A stretch of DNA of 64,000 nucleotides from Chrysomallon squamiferum. Its lineage: Eukaryota > Animalia > Mollusca. Location: NCBI GenBank assembly GCA_012295275.1, contig CM022674.1, positions 6,510,001-6,574,000 of the forward strand. The letters run 5' to 3'. Shown piece by piece: positions 44,746-58,235 of this stretch; position 1 is the stretch's first letter; every line of letters begins with the position of its first letter. A program made the translations under genes and the position numbers. A model generated the notes under the pieces. That model was not told where the DNA came from. It did no database searches and worked only from the letters and a program-made list of their open reading frames with translations.

Positions 44746-44980
44746 CTTGAAAGGAAACAAACTAATCAAAATTAAAATTAAAATTAAAATTAAAATAATT
44801 AAATGTTACAATTCCATTCAGTTCAGATCGAATACTGAATTAAAATAAAATAAAATAATAAAATGTGGTTTGGAAGCTTTCTAGCCACACCTTGAAAGGC
44901 AAACAAACTAATTAAAATTAAAATTAAAATTAAAATAATTAAATGTTTATGTTACAATTCCATTCAGTTCAGATCGAATG
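44718..44980. repeat. Tandem duplication (145 bp offset) of the exon 10 acceptor region
   Basis: tgtggtttggaagctttct(t/a)gccacaccttgaaagg...cattcagttcagatcgaat present twice. Confidence 0.93.
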
Positions 44981-45639
44981 AAATCAAGTGAATACTGAAT
45001 TAAAATAAAATAAAATAAAATAAAAATAAAGAGGTATATAAGTAAAAAAAAAAAAAAACAACAAAAAAAACAAACAAAAAAAACACAACAATAATAATTT
45101 AGAAATAGTTACTGAAAAAGTGACACAAAAACAATTTCCAATTTTATAAAAGGTTAGAGAAAACGACGAGTCAGTCTTTGTAGTTAACACAAATAATTTT
45201 AAATTTTTTTGTGTGTGTGTTTATATATATATATATATCAGTAATTAAAATTAACCTGTCTCAAAAAAACACAGGATTGACCTTTGGTAACCTTTCACAG
45301 AAATAGATTCTGTGGTGTTGTTAACGTTTACTCATTTAAATTTATCATCATCATCATCATTACTATGATTATCTTTAATTTCATTATTGTTGTTGGTGCT
45401 GTTATTATAATTATCATTATTACTGTTATTATGATTATGATTATCATTATTCGTGGTACTGCTGAAAATATCTTTATCATTATTCTATTATTATAATTGT
45501 CTTCATTATTATTATTGTTGTTAATGTTTTGTTATAATTATTTTTATTACCATTACTATATTTATTACTGTTGTCATTATAATTATTTTTTTCACATTAT
45601 TGCAGATACTGGTGATGGTGTTATTATTATCATTTTCAC

Positions 45640-45859
45640 CTTTCTTCCAATCAAGAACTTTAATATTGACTGCATCGTCGCCAAAAAATATCTTCTGGTC
45701 ACTGACATCGAAGCTGTGAATGTTTCTTGGTGTCAGACTCATGCCTGACGTTGATCTGACATTCTCCGACACAAACACACAAGACAGCTGCCACTGTCGT
45801 ACAACATGAATTTTAATAACTCCATCAGCAGAAGAGCTGTAAATGTTTTCATTCTCCAT
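45640..45859 (-). CDS. WD40/CaaX protein exon 9
   Basis: ttcacag|ATG ... G|GTGAAA; 220 nt; IYSSSADGVIKIH...IFFGDDAVNIKVLDWKK. Confidence 0.88.
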
Positions 45860-46502
45860 CTGTGAAAAACAAATAAATAAACACACAAAAAAAAAAAATA
45901 ATAAAATAAAATACTGTATACTGAAATAAAATTTATTTATAAGTTTAATTTTTGATTCTATTAAAAAAATTATAATAATATTAATAATGATGATGATGAA
46001 GATGATAACAACAAGAAAATTATTATTGGGTTGAACAGTTGTTCTGTAGTAAAAAATTTTTGATTTTTACACACTTTAAAAAAAAAGATATTTGAGACAA
46101 ACACTCCAAATACTTAATAATGATTTAAGATGAAAACAAAAAGAAGAATTATATTATAAAACAAAATAAATAATAATAATAATAAATAAATAAATAAATA
46201 AATAAATAAATTGAAAAGTCATACTGAGGACTCAGGCTTAGTATAACATTTCACATCACTCCTTCAATGCCATCAACATTATCACAGCTACCTATCAAAA
46301 TCCAAGATAATTAAGCCATTAATGTTGTTACTACTATCCTTGTAGCTGTTGAATATTTTAATAAAATTTTTGTCAACTGGGATAAAAGCATAAAATTTCA
46401 TAAAAATAGGAAAAGTAATTTCAATTAAAAAAATTTTTAAAATGTTTTGTTAATGCTACTCCAAATGGTGATGGATGAGAAATCAGGCTATAAATAACTT
46501 AC

Positions 46503-46591
46503 TTTAAGACCTGTGATTGCCTCATTGTGAACACAGGATGATTGTTTATTGATGCCCTCTACCAAGTCCCATAACTCTAATTTCCCTCCAT
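46503..46591 (-). CDS. WD40/CaaX protein exon 8
   Basis: ttttcag|AT ... AAA|GTAAGT; 89 nt; DGGKLELWDLVEGINKQSSCVHNEAITGLK. Confidence 0.88.
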
Positions 46592-46865
46592 CTGAAAAAT
46601 AAAGTGACCAATCAGAGATAATTTTGCTGTTTAATCACTAAAACATCTTGTAAAATGAAAAATCAACAACAAAAAACAAAAAAAGATAAAAAAAACAATT
46701 TAAAAAAAGAAAAAAAATTGAAATAATAATAACAGTAGTAATAATAGTAATAATTAAAATAATCAAATTTCAAAGAAAATAAATTATAAAGTTAAAAGAT
46801 TATTAAGAAAAGATAAAGAAAACTTTTTCTAATCTGAACACATTAATTTGAAAATTAAGACTCAC

Positions 46866-46949
46866 CTGTTCCAGTGATAACCATGTTGTCCTGGTTGAAA
46901 GTCAGTTTAGCAACGGGGTTGAATGTATACACTGACTGCAGAATTTCTC
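46866..46949 (-). CDS. WD40/CaaX protein exon 7
   Basis: cttcag|GA ... G|GTGAGT; 84 nt; GEILQSVYTFNPVAKLTFNQDNMVITGT. Confidence 0.88.
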
Positions 46950-47244
46950 CTGAAGCAACAAACACACCAACCGAAAAATATTAACTTCTGTTAAGTCACT
47001 ACAACAAAAATTATAAAATATTCTGTCTGTCTGTAAAGCACATTTTTCTCTTTTTGTTTCAGTCTTATTACATAACATTTATATTGTGATTGTTCTTTAA
47101 ATTTATCTCTCAAATTTGTTTCAATATATTTAAAAAAATGCAATAATGAAATGAGAGAAAACAAAAAGAAATTAAATTTAAAAAAAAACAGGACTTGAAT
47201 GGAGGAAATCATAAAAGAAGAAAAGCCTCAGTGTAAAGTGTCAC

Positions 47245-47331
47245 CTGATTGGATACTCCAGACATTATAGCTACAGTCCACAGATCCACTTATTACCAGC
47301 TGACCTGAAACCAACACATTCTTTGCTTCAG
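47245..47331 (-). CDS. WD40/CaaX protein exon 6
   Basis: tttgcag|CT ... G|GTGACA; 87 nt; LVISGSVDCSYNVWSIQS (an in-phase alternative acceptor lies 27 nt into the exon). Confidence 0.85.
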
Positions 47332-47620
47332 CTGCAAAAAAATAAACAAATAAATAAATAAATAAATAAATAAATTACAATTTTAATATTGGGAAACGTT
47401 AAAATATTTATTTCAATTCAAAACCATAGTAACTACATTTGAGATGTAATTATTATTCAACGAGCTCAGTCATTTTCCTTACGTAAAATTATCCTTCTTT
47501 TCTCATTTTCTCAATGAAACTATGTAAATATAATTTTTTTAAATCTAATATCAAAGAAAATCTTTCTCTGTTATGTAATTAAAACAAATTATGAACCAGT
47601 TTTTCAAAATCTTCATTCAC

Positions 47621-47741
47621 CATAAGCAGAAGAAGCTGCAGATGACATAATCATTACACAGGTCACACTTCCTGTATGGCCACCAAGACTCGGAGTTCTC
47701 TCCCCTCTGACAGACTCCAGACTTTAACAGTGGTGTCTCTA
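47621..47741 (-). CDS. WD40/CaaX protein exon 5 with apparent 1-nt deletion
   Basis: ctgcag|T ... G|GTGAAT; 121 nt where 122 is required; RDTTVKVWSLSEGREL then frame change to SLGGHTGSVTCVMIMSSAASSAY. Confidence 0.85.
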
Positions 47742-48128
47742 CTGCAGTTATCAAAACAATTAAATTAATTAAATCAAAATTCTTGTTTATATTATTTACA
47801 ATAATAATGTAATCATAATATGTAAAAGTTTAAAATTTAAAAAGAAAAAGTACAATTTAAGTAAGTGAAATTAAAGAATTAAAATTTTAATAATGAAAAT
47901 AAATAATGAAAATAATTTATTAAAAAAAATACAATTTAAATAATATTCATAAATAAGAAATTTTTTATTATAAATTTATTCTGATTTTTAAGTTTTTATA
48001 TATATTTTCAAAACAAAATTTACTAATTAATAAAAGATTTTACATTTTAAAATTATTTTCCTGCTCCATAATTCCTCACACATTATCATTCATTTTACAC
48101 ATAAAAAGAAACTTTTATCAGAAAGTAC

Positions 48129-48264
48129 CTTGCTGTAATGAGGGTGTCGCCATCCACTGAGAGGGCGGTGACTATGTCATTATGACCATCCAGCTCTGAG
48201 ATTAGACAGAATGACAGCTGCCACTTTTGTCTCGCTGTTTTTAATTGGTCAGGAGGTTTGGCAT
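48129..48264 (-). CDS. WD40/CaaX protein exon 4 (first WD repeat)
   Basis: tttatag|AT ... AG|GTACTT; 136 nt; ELDGHNDIVTALSVDGDTLITAS. Confidence 0.9.
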
Positions 48265-48666
48265 CTATAAATAAAACCAAAATAATTAAAATTCAACAGC
48301 ATGTAACTTGAAAATGATATTCTTTAAAGTTATAAATATTTTTATGTCAGTTCTGTATGTACTGTGTTGAACTATTTTAATATATAGTTCTTTTAAAAAA
48401 GAAATGAATTAAACATAAATAAACAGACAGATATAAATAAAATATTATTATCACAGTTTATGGAAGCCAATATTATTATTTGTATTACATGCGTTACATA
48501 AATCAATACAAATGTGTTTTTTATGTGTGTGATGTTAGATTTGTTTATTTTATTTTGTTTTCAAAATTTAAAATCAGAAATAATGCAATATTCATTGGTA
48601 TGTATTATCAGACCAAAATGTAATTCTGTATTTGTTTTTCTCTAACGACACTATTCTGGTCAGTAC

Positions 48667-48788
48667 CTTTAGACTTTTGATGTTTTGGACTTGGTTTTTC
48701 TGGTGGTGGTTTCTCTGTCTGTCTGTCTGTCACTTTTGTTTCTTTCTTCACTGAATCAAGCAATTTGTAACTTTTGTCTTCCTGAATC
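48667..48788 (-). CDS. WD40/CaaX protein exon 3
   Basis: ttgcag|G ... G|GTACTG; 122 nt, phase 2 to 1; open, bridges the phases of exons 2 and 4. Confidence 0.78.
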
Positions 48789-49276
48789 CTGCAACAACAA
48801 AATATTTAATAAAACAACAAAACACCAACAATACATAAATTAACACAACACTACCATTACTATTACTTTTATTATCAAAATTACTAACACCACTACTACT
48901 ACCATCATTATGTCTATTGCCACTGTTAAAAGTGTTACTTCTACTACTACTACTACTAGTACTGCCATTACTACTATTACTACCACTAATGCTGTTATGT
49001 TCACACTACTATTAGTTCTAATACTACTACTACCAATATTATTATCACACACACAGACATACACATGCAGGCATGCTGACAAACACAAACACATATACAT
49101 CAATACTTATACATGCATTTCAAATACATGTTTATAAATATCAGTCAGTATCAGTACAGTTTCTTATACATAACAAACACTGATCAAAATACATTACTAC
49201 AATTTTCAACCCTATTTATCCCATCGGATTTCTCAAATTAATCTCTGCAGTGTAACCATAGTTACAAACTACTTAC

Positions 49277-49533
49277 TTTGATTCTACTGCAGACCTGTCA
49301 CCAACATCCTCAACAACATTCTGTCTGGATGAAAAGTTTTTATCGTGTTCCTCGTTACAAATTTCTGTGCGATTCTCTGCAACGTCTGCTGTTATTGAAA
49401 CATCAGATGTGAATGATGTGCTTGTGTCTGCGTCTGCTTCTGCTGACGTCTGCTTTCGTGAACTCCATTGCTGGCCATGTTCAGACAACAACAGTTTCTG
49501 AAGACGTTCTCTCAAAATATTTTTGTTCAGAAC
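49277..49533 (-). CDS. WD40/CaaX protein exon 2
   Basis: ttatcag|GTT ... AA|GTAAGT; 257 nt; VLNKNILRERLQKLL then low-complexity linker. Confidence 0.85.
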
Positions 49534-49536
49534 CTG

Positions 49537-49579
<43 letters not shown>

Positions 49580-49824
49580 CAATTAAAATAATAATAATAG
49601 TTGTAGAAGCAGCAGCAGGGTAAAAGTCAAATATTAAACATAGATTAGACACAGAAATAAGCAGTCAATTTTACTGAATGAATGTTACATGTACTCATGT
49701 AGTTTAACTAGTATTCGTAGTACTAACTGTAAGTGTAACTAGTAACTTGAATTGAAAATTATAAAATCGCGATCTGCCCATTAAAACAAATGTTGTCATC
49801 AAATTGTAAATTAATATTCCGAAC

Positions 49825-49944
49825 CTTGGCTATTTCTTCATCAGAAAGCGATCGATCAAGGCGCTCTAGATTTTCGATTTGTCTTAGTTTCTTTCTTAGT
49901 TTTCTGATTTCTCTGGCAACTGACTCTGGACTGGACGCCGCCAT
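49825..49944 (-). CDS. WD40/CaaX protein exon 1 (PYM/eIF2A C-terminal-like basic coil)
   Basis: ATAATGGCG start; MAASSPESVAREIRKLRKKLRQIENLERLDRSLSDEEIAK; donor AAG|GTTCGG; 120 nt, phase 0. Confidence 0.88.
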
Positions 49945-50100
49945 TATTATTAGTATTCTCTCGTATTTTCCTCCCTTCGTCACTTTTGGTTCACACACCG
50001 ATACCAAAATAATAAAATATTCATTATTGAAACTGTGCAATATGGGCAAGAATTCCGAACGTTCCAGCATTATTACCTGAAGAAATTTAAATAAAATGCA
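49945..50100 (-). promoter_or_regulatory. 5' UTR/promoter of the WD40 gene
   Basis: Directly upstream of ATG 49944; CpGs reappear locally (49760-50070) in otherwise CpG-poor DNA. Confidence 0.5.
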
Positions 50101-50599
50101 TTTGAAAATTGCAAATTATTTTAAATATTTTAATTTCAAGTTTCATTATTTGCACAAAATAATAATAATAATTACGACAAAACAATGAATAAAAATTGGT
50201 AAAGTGGTAATGCTAGAAGAAACTTGTTACTTGTTTTCTGTCTGCAAAACGTTTTGATCCTTCAACTCATTTATTAAACAAAGAGGCTCCATGGTTTATA
50301 TATGCAATGTGTGTATATGTATGTGTTTGTATATGTATGTATATATGAATGTATGTGTATATATGTATATATGTGTGTGCATGCATGTACATGTGTGTAT
50401 GTGTGTGTGCATGTGTATATGTATGTATATATGTCTGTGTATGTGTGTATTGTTTATGTATGTATGTGTGTGTGTTGTGTGATATATATATATATATAAT
50501 CTTGTATTTCTAGAAAAAGAGTTTTGAAAATAAATGACAAGAACTTCACTTCTAATTAAAAAAGAAAACTAACCCAACAAAACAAAATCACAGTGTGGT

Positions 50600-53057
50600 A
50601 TCATTTATACATGCTTTATTCAACAGAAAATGTGTACAGTAATTACATAAAAACTACAGGTTTTTACTAACATTACTATAAAACATAAATGGAATGGTAA
50701 TTTGAGTAACATTTCTGTCCACCATCATTTAATTAAAGAAACAAATAATAACATCTTTACATTATCATACACATTTCTACAGAAATAAATTTTATTACAA
50801 AAAAAAAAAAAAAAACAACAACAAATAAATAAATAACAAAAAAGGGTGACTTAAATTAAAAAAACAAAAAATCAGTTATGTAGAAAGTAGTATTTGTTAA
50901 TGGAAGCATGTTAGAGGCATATCAAGAGGTGGGGGGTCATCGTTGTGATTAGCATAGTTTACAAGATGAAATGAACTTCTTAAAAAATAAAAATGAAAGA
51001 TAAAAATTGTATTAATTTAATATAAAATATTGTTACAGGGAAAGGATGGGGTTGTCTCCAATTTGCCAACCAACGCCTTAAATAAATAGATAAATAAATA
51101 TCAGAAAAAATCAAAGGTGATTTAAATTAATGTGGTTCATCATGATTATTGTTGTTGTTGTTGTTGTTGTTACTCTACTTTATTTTCTAATAATTAATTA
51201 ATTAGGTAATAATAATAATAATAATTATATTTATATTTATAATAATAACCATGTAAATAAGAAAATAGTAATAATAAATTAAAAAATAAATAAATAAATA
51301 AATAAATAAATAAACAAATAACCCAATGAAAAACAATTATTTATAAAACATTTGTTTTAAAAAAACATTGCAGACTTGTAATAATATTTTACCGTTTACA
51401 AAATAAACAAATACAAATAAAAAGAAACTGACAAACTCAACCAAAACACTTTTACAAAAATTTCAACTCATGGGGGAAAAAAATAAAATAAAATAAAATC
51501 TCTTAACGATGTTATTATTGTAGTTGTCAGAACACACTAATAAAAATCTAAGAAAAACATTGAAAACAAAGCAGATACATAAACACACATGTAATAATGT
51601 ATGAATGTATGTATATTGTTTATATGTGGTTACTTACATGATGCACCAGCATGCTGTAACCTACTGTATCAGGGTTACCATGCAATACACAACATATAAT
51701 GGTTACAGTATAACAGAAAATAGTTTCACTGTAACACATAATATATTGTTACACTGCAACAAACATGCTGGTTACAATGTAATACACAACATATGACAGT
51801 TACAATGTAAAACATAATAGTTACATTATAACACATATCAACCATGTTGGTTACAATGTAACACAATACAGAATGGCTACACTGTAACATATCATGATGG
51901 TTTTTCATTGCAACAAACATGTCAGTTACATTATAACACATGATATATTGTTACATTATATCAAATATGTTTGTTATATTTCAACAACATAATATATGAT
52001 GGTTACATTGAAACCCTAACATGTCATACATGGTGTTACACTGTAACATGTAACATGGTAACTCTGTAACAATTTTCGCATTATCACTGTAACAAACCAC
52101 ACATACAAAGTTGAACAGCTGCAGTTTTATCACAATGGGCACTTAGAAAATAAAGATTCATGCATAAGGAATAAAAAAGAGAAATGAATGCCATAAACTG
52201 TTACTTAAAGCAGTTTTGGTAACTGGAAAGAATACAAAATAACTATTGCAAGGTGTTAATTAAAAACAGAACACAAATGACACCCCTCATCCAGTGAGAG
52301 CTTGTTGTTTAGAAAATAGTTTAATTCTGATAAAGCTTTACACTGTCTACTTTTCATCTGTTTTCATCTTTTTGATATTAATTGTGTATCCAGTGTCATA
52401 ACATAAATAAATAAATAAATAATAAATAAATAATAAATAAATAAATAAATAAATAAAAATAAATAAATAAATAATAAATAAATAAATAAATAAATAATAA
52501 TAATAAGTAAATAAAAAAACATTAATAATAATGTTAACAAGAACACTAGTAATATAACAATTTCAATTACAATGATAATAATGATCTAAATAACAGAGAT
52601 AATTTATAATGTATTTAATATTAAAAACTGATAATTATTTATTATTTATTTAAATGGAAACAAGCACCGATATTTTCATAGCAGATTACATAATGCATTT
52701 AAAGAAACTGTTAATTTGAAAGTTAACATTTTATAAAATAAATAAATAAACTATTTAAAAAGTGAGCTTAATCAAATCAGTAGAGTATATATTGTTAAAT
52801 GGTATAAAAAGCAATGCACCAATCAATATGCCAGAAAATATGTAAATTGAGAAAAACAAGATCACAATAGCAAAGTACATAATCATGTCTAAAATGATGA
52901 GCAAAATGTTTTTAAAAATAATACCTGCAAAAAGAATTTAAAATAATAAATAGATTAATTAATAAATTGATTAATTAATTAAACTGAGAGAAAGATAGAT
53001 GGATATGGAACCAAAAAAGTAATGTGAGCTATTTTGAATAAAAAAAAAAAAAAAAAA

Positions 53058-53100
<43 letters not shown>

Positions 53101-55434
53101 ATTTTAAAGTTTTAAAAGATGTATCTGATAGTGATAACAATAACCCTGTTATACATTTCCAAAAATTAATTATATTAAGAATCAGTGAGACACTACTCAG
53201 TAAATAAAATATTTCTTTCTGCTATTTACATTTCTACATATTAGTACACAAAAAAATAAAAACAAAACTGGAAGCCTCTGTAAATGAACTTTGTTACTCA
53301 AAAAAAAAAAAAAAATAAAATAAAAAGATTTGTTTTGTATTTTTATTATTTTTGAAAGAGACTGGATTGCTTGATAAAAAGGAAATCATGCAAACTTATT
53401 ATTTATTACTTGTACTTTATTCTTTAACAAAGGTTGGTTTTAAATATGTTTGTGTGTGAAAAATCTCTATAGAATTCTTATATATCTTTCTATCTACAAT
53501 TTTAACAAAGGCTGGTCTTTTAAAAAAAAAAAAAAATATTTCTGTATATTTCTGAATTTCATAAACAAGAAATCTAAGAACTCTTATATTTTTCTCTTTC
53601 TTTATTATTAACAAAAAGCTAGTCCTCGTATATAAATTTTTCTAAACTTCATTATTAGATAACGATGGTCTTCATAAACAAACAAAGCAATTCTTTAATG
53701 ACATACAAAATTGATTTAAATTAATCAGTACCATCATAAACAGCCTTCAACACGAAACAAATAAAATAATGATTTATAAACATTTTGGAAAACATTTTGA
53801 CAATTCATTAGTACCATCACAGATTAACTTTAGCAAAAAATAAATTTTTAAAAATTACATGAAAGTATAAAAAATTTAGTTAGTTTATTTGTTAGCAATA
53901 TCGCAAGTTTAAATGTTTTAATATTTAAATGTACAAGGTTATTGATATAAAATAGCTATAATTAAAAAAAAAAAAAAAAAAAAAAAATTTGAACATTGAG
54001 ACAGTTTGAAATATGACTAAGCTTACTGCTTGGAAATAATAATATTTATAAAATTTCTGGAACCGTGTACCAATTAAAAAACCCAACATAAAACAAACAA
54101 CAAACAAATCACCAAACAGAATCAAACTGACAAGGTGCACTTCAACATGAACACATTAGTACATTCACATCGTGGTTCGCAGTTTATATTGTATAAAAAT
54201 AAATTTAAATATTGTTCAAAACTGAAAATAAATTATATACAAAAGTTCAGAGAAATAAAAATTATTTATAAATGTCTTCATGATAAATCAATCATGAATT
54301 TGGAACAAAAGAGCTTCCAAGGATATTTAGAATTACTTCTCTTTATTTTCTAAAAAAAAAATATTTATTTTCATGTTCAGCAAAAACAGATTACCTCCCT
54401 TTAGACAAGTTCAAAATAAATTATCTCCCTTTAACATATAATACATATAATTTTAATAAACTGTAGACAATTTAAAAATAATATTAATAATAAACAATAA
54501 CCGAAATGGAAATGATAATAATAAGAATAAGAGCAATGAACTTTAATACACTGAACCCAGGTAATACTTTTAAATTTCTACAAATTAAACTTTATTAAAA
54601 TTAATAAATAAAAATAACAAAGATAAACAATCTCTACTGCAATTTCATCCATAAAGGGATGTAACTTTGAAAAAGCATTTCCTCATGCTGATATGTATAT
54701 ATATACAATAACAACATAACAAAGAATTGAAATTTCAACTTCTGTTTCTGACAGGTTTTAGTAACAAAGCATCATAAAAGACATGAAAGTTTTACAAAAT
54801 GGTTTTACTGAAGTAAATGAGTACAAACAGAAACCAAACGTGTGTTTAGTTTTAACCCATTTTCAATAACTCCTGTTTTCACTGTGAAAACAAACTTGTT
54901 ACTTTTGATCTCAATAAAATACTATAAAATTGAAAAAAAAAAAAAAAAATAATAATAAAAGTAAAAAATAGAATTATATAAAATAATAAAATAGATATTT
55001 AGCAAAATATTTTTTATTTTTAAACTCAGAATGGCACACTTTTTGTTTTGTGACTGTTTGAAATTGTGTTCATTACCAATGTAAATGTTCTGAACAAATT
55101 AACCTTTCATTTGATACCACCTCAAACAAATTCACATACACGTATGTCATTTTTATTGTGGTCTATAACAAAGTATGGTCTTTCTAATTAAGTAAAAAAT
55201 TCAGAATCCTAACATTACAATGTTCAAAGATTCATAATTATGTAATAAAGTTCTGTGGTTATAGAATGAAAAAAGAAAACACATTAAAATGTTTTTTTGT
55301 GGTATAAAATGATAAAAAGCTTAGTAATATATTTAAAGCTTTTAATGATATTTTATTTACATCTTTTTATTTATATTTTCTACTTTTTAGGTGACTTGAA
55401 TTAAATATCAAACAATAATAATAACAATAATAAC

Positions 55435-55499
<65 letters not shown>

Positions 55500-56087
55500 A
55501 AAAAACAACAGTAATGAATTGTTGTTTCATTTAACATTTTAAATAATATTAAAAAAAAAATTAAATTTTATTGTTTAAATATATAATTTTATAAATACAT
55601 GTATAAATTTACTTTAGAAAGTAATACTCCATCTGTTATGGTTTTTGTTTTTATTTTACATTTTTGATGTATAATAATTACTAACATATACCAAATAACA
55701 AAAATCACAGATTGTACAAGTAACAATTTTAAAATATAAAAAAGGTAAAAATCTGAATTTCAATTTTTATGTACCTGCATATCACAAAACATTATAACAG
55801 ATTGTATGTGAAAAAAAAAAAGAAAAGTAAATTAATAAATTTACAGTTATAATAACAGAATTTTTAAAAATTTATTTAAATAAATAAAAAAATAATAGTT
55901 TTGATAAAAATGAACAAACAACAGAAAAGAATGAATATCAAGAATTTCAGGTATGAATTTAGTCATTTTTAAACAATGAAACATAAATTTAATTTAAAAA
56001 AAAAAAGAAAGGAAAAATTAAACAAAATTTGCGAAACATTCACACATACCCCTCATACAGACATGTGTCTATATACACATTCAAACA

Positions 56088-56124
<37 letters not shown>

Positions 56125-56403
56125 ACAGATATAATTATTATATGTGTATCTACACTGGAAAACAGATGCATTCATTAATATGCAAGCATGAACAGCACAC
56201 ACACACACACCACACACACACACACACTTTTACACAAACTATATGCAAATTTTTTGTACTGTAATAAGAGAACAACAATAACAGTAGTAACAGTAGTAGT
56301 AGCAGTAACAGCAGTATTAGTAGAGGTAGTTGTAATATTATCTGAAGTAGAAATAGTAGTAGTAATATATATAGATGTAGTAGTAGTAGTAATATAAATA
56401 ATA

Positions 56404-56439
<36 letters not shown>

Positions 56440-57990
56440 ATAGTAGTAGTAGTAGCAGTAGTAGTAGTAGTAGTAGTAGTTGTAGTAGTAGTAGTAGTAA
56501 TAGTATTCAATATAACAAGCTGTTTTTAATATGAAAACAAACCACACCAAACATTTTTTTAGTCCCATTAACACACAACTAATTAACATTAACTAAAAAA
56601 GCTAATTATACCATCACCATGAAAATCTAGTAGCTAAATATCACATCATAAATAATTATTTTAGAATTATCTTCATCTATAAAATAATAAAAATAATAAC
56701 AATAATAATATTAATAATAATTATAATAATTAAAAATAAATAAATTACTAAAAAATTAAATAAATAATTAAATCAATAAATAAATCAGGATAAGAAGAAA
56801 AATATGAAAATGATAGAAGATGTTGAAAGAAAGAAAAAAAAAGTATTAGATTATTCATCCATTTGCAATATGTCCTGGCCATTTTGTCATGAAAACAACA
56901 ATTTAAAATTTAAATTTTTTTGGTAATCTACAGTTCTATACATTGTAAAAATTAAAGCAATATTTAATTTCTTTTTTCCTTTCCCTGAAACCAATTTGAA
57001 CAAATATTTGAACAAAATATCAAAATTTACAAGGACACGAGAATGAAAGTATAGCCATAACTAAAGGTGCAATCTCACTATGCAGTTTACCATAGCAATT
57101 TCTCATACGGTAAATGAATAAATGAATGCTTTGTAAGATCACAGCACAAATCTTCTGGATGGTTTGGTAAATCACACAGTATGACAGCCCCTTAAGATAA
57201 AAGATTAACCTAAAAATATGCTCTAAGTATTCTTTACCATACAATACTGATTTGATTTGACAAGTCATATAGTAATTTAGCCTCTTTAGGAGAAATATTA
57301 ACCTACAAAATTTTTACACAATCTCTGTACAGTTCAATATGGTCTGGTAAGTAGCATAGTGTGACAGACCCTTTTGATGAAATTTTAACATAAAAATATC
57401 ATTTCAGTATTCTCTAAAGAATTCAGTGATCAGACAAGTTGGTAAAACTAGTTGGTTAATGTTAAGATGACAAAAATGCTTTAAGTATTTTCAGTAACTT
57501 GACAGTCTGGTTTAACAAGTTGCACAGTGTGTTAGCCCTATTAGACAAAACATTAACAAACAAATATGCAATAGGCTATTATTTTGCATATTGGCCTACT
57601 AGCATTAAAAAAAATGTTTAATTTTTTTTTTTTATTTTTTTTTTTTTTTTTTTTAATTATTATTTTTTATTATGAAATGAAAACAGGAAAAAAAAAAAAA
57701 ATAACAAACCAAACATTAACTACTTCCATTTCATCTTTCAATAATTTCATTTTATTTCAAATTTTAAAAAAAAAGAAAGAAAAGAAAAGATAATACTAGA
57801 AAAAGGTAGTTAAATGTAAATATTAACAAATTTAAGGAATTAAACAAAAACAAAATTTCACTGTATATTTAATATTCTTTTTCATTTTTCTTTTGATTAT
57901 TATTATTTGGCCATTTTTTGTTCACAATTTTCAGATACATAATTTTATTACAATTCCATTTTTTTTTTCAATTAACATCACCAACATCCA

Positions 57991-58022
<32 letters not shown>

Positions 58023-58235
58023 AAAATTATACCTTATGATTTACAAAGTAGTAAAGTTTCTTTGTTCCCTTTCTTTTTAAATATTTACTAAACAATAAAA
58101 AAATTAAATAATTAAATAAAACATTAAATACATATATTTTCAAAAACTGATATAAAAAAACGTGGTTATAGGACTAATTTTGATTCATGTTTGTATTGTT
58201 TTTTTTTTTTTGTAATTAAAATTTTCATCACTTCT
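50600..58235 (-). other. Probable long 3' UTR of the ARHGEF10-like gene
   Basis: No exons, CpG-depleted, AT-rich; candidate AATAAA (plus tttatt 50615-50620) followed on the minus strand by a GT-rich tract; earlier AATAAA hexamers also exist. Confidence 0.4.
57150..57570. repeat. Old degenerate tandem repeat (~90 bp period)
   Basis: Recurrent aagtc/tgcacagtgtg..agccct..aga.aaa.attaac.taaaaatat(g)c units. Confidence 0.6.

Noticed and set aside
49945-50070. N-terminal extension shown in the ORF track (49759..50070)
   Set aside because: Starts at a non-ATG codon; ATG 49944 has good context and the donor at 49824 ends the exon
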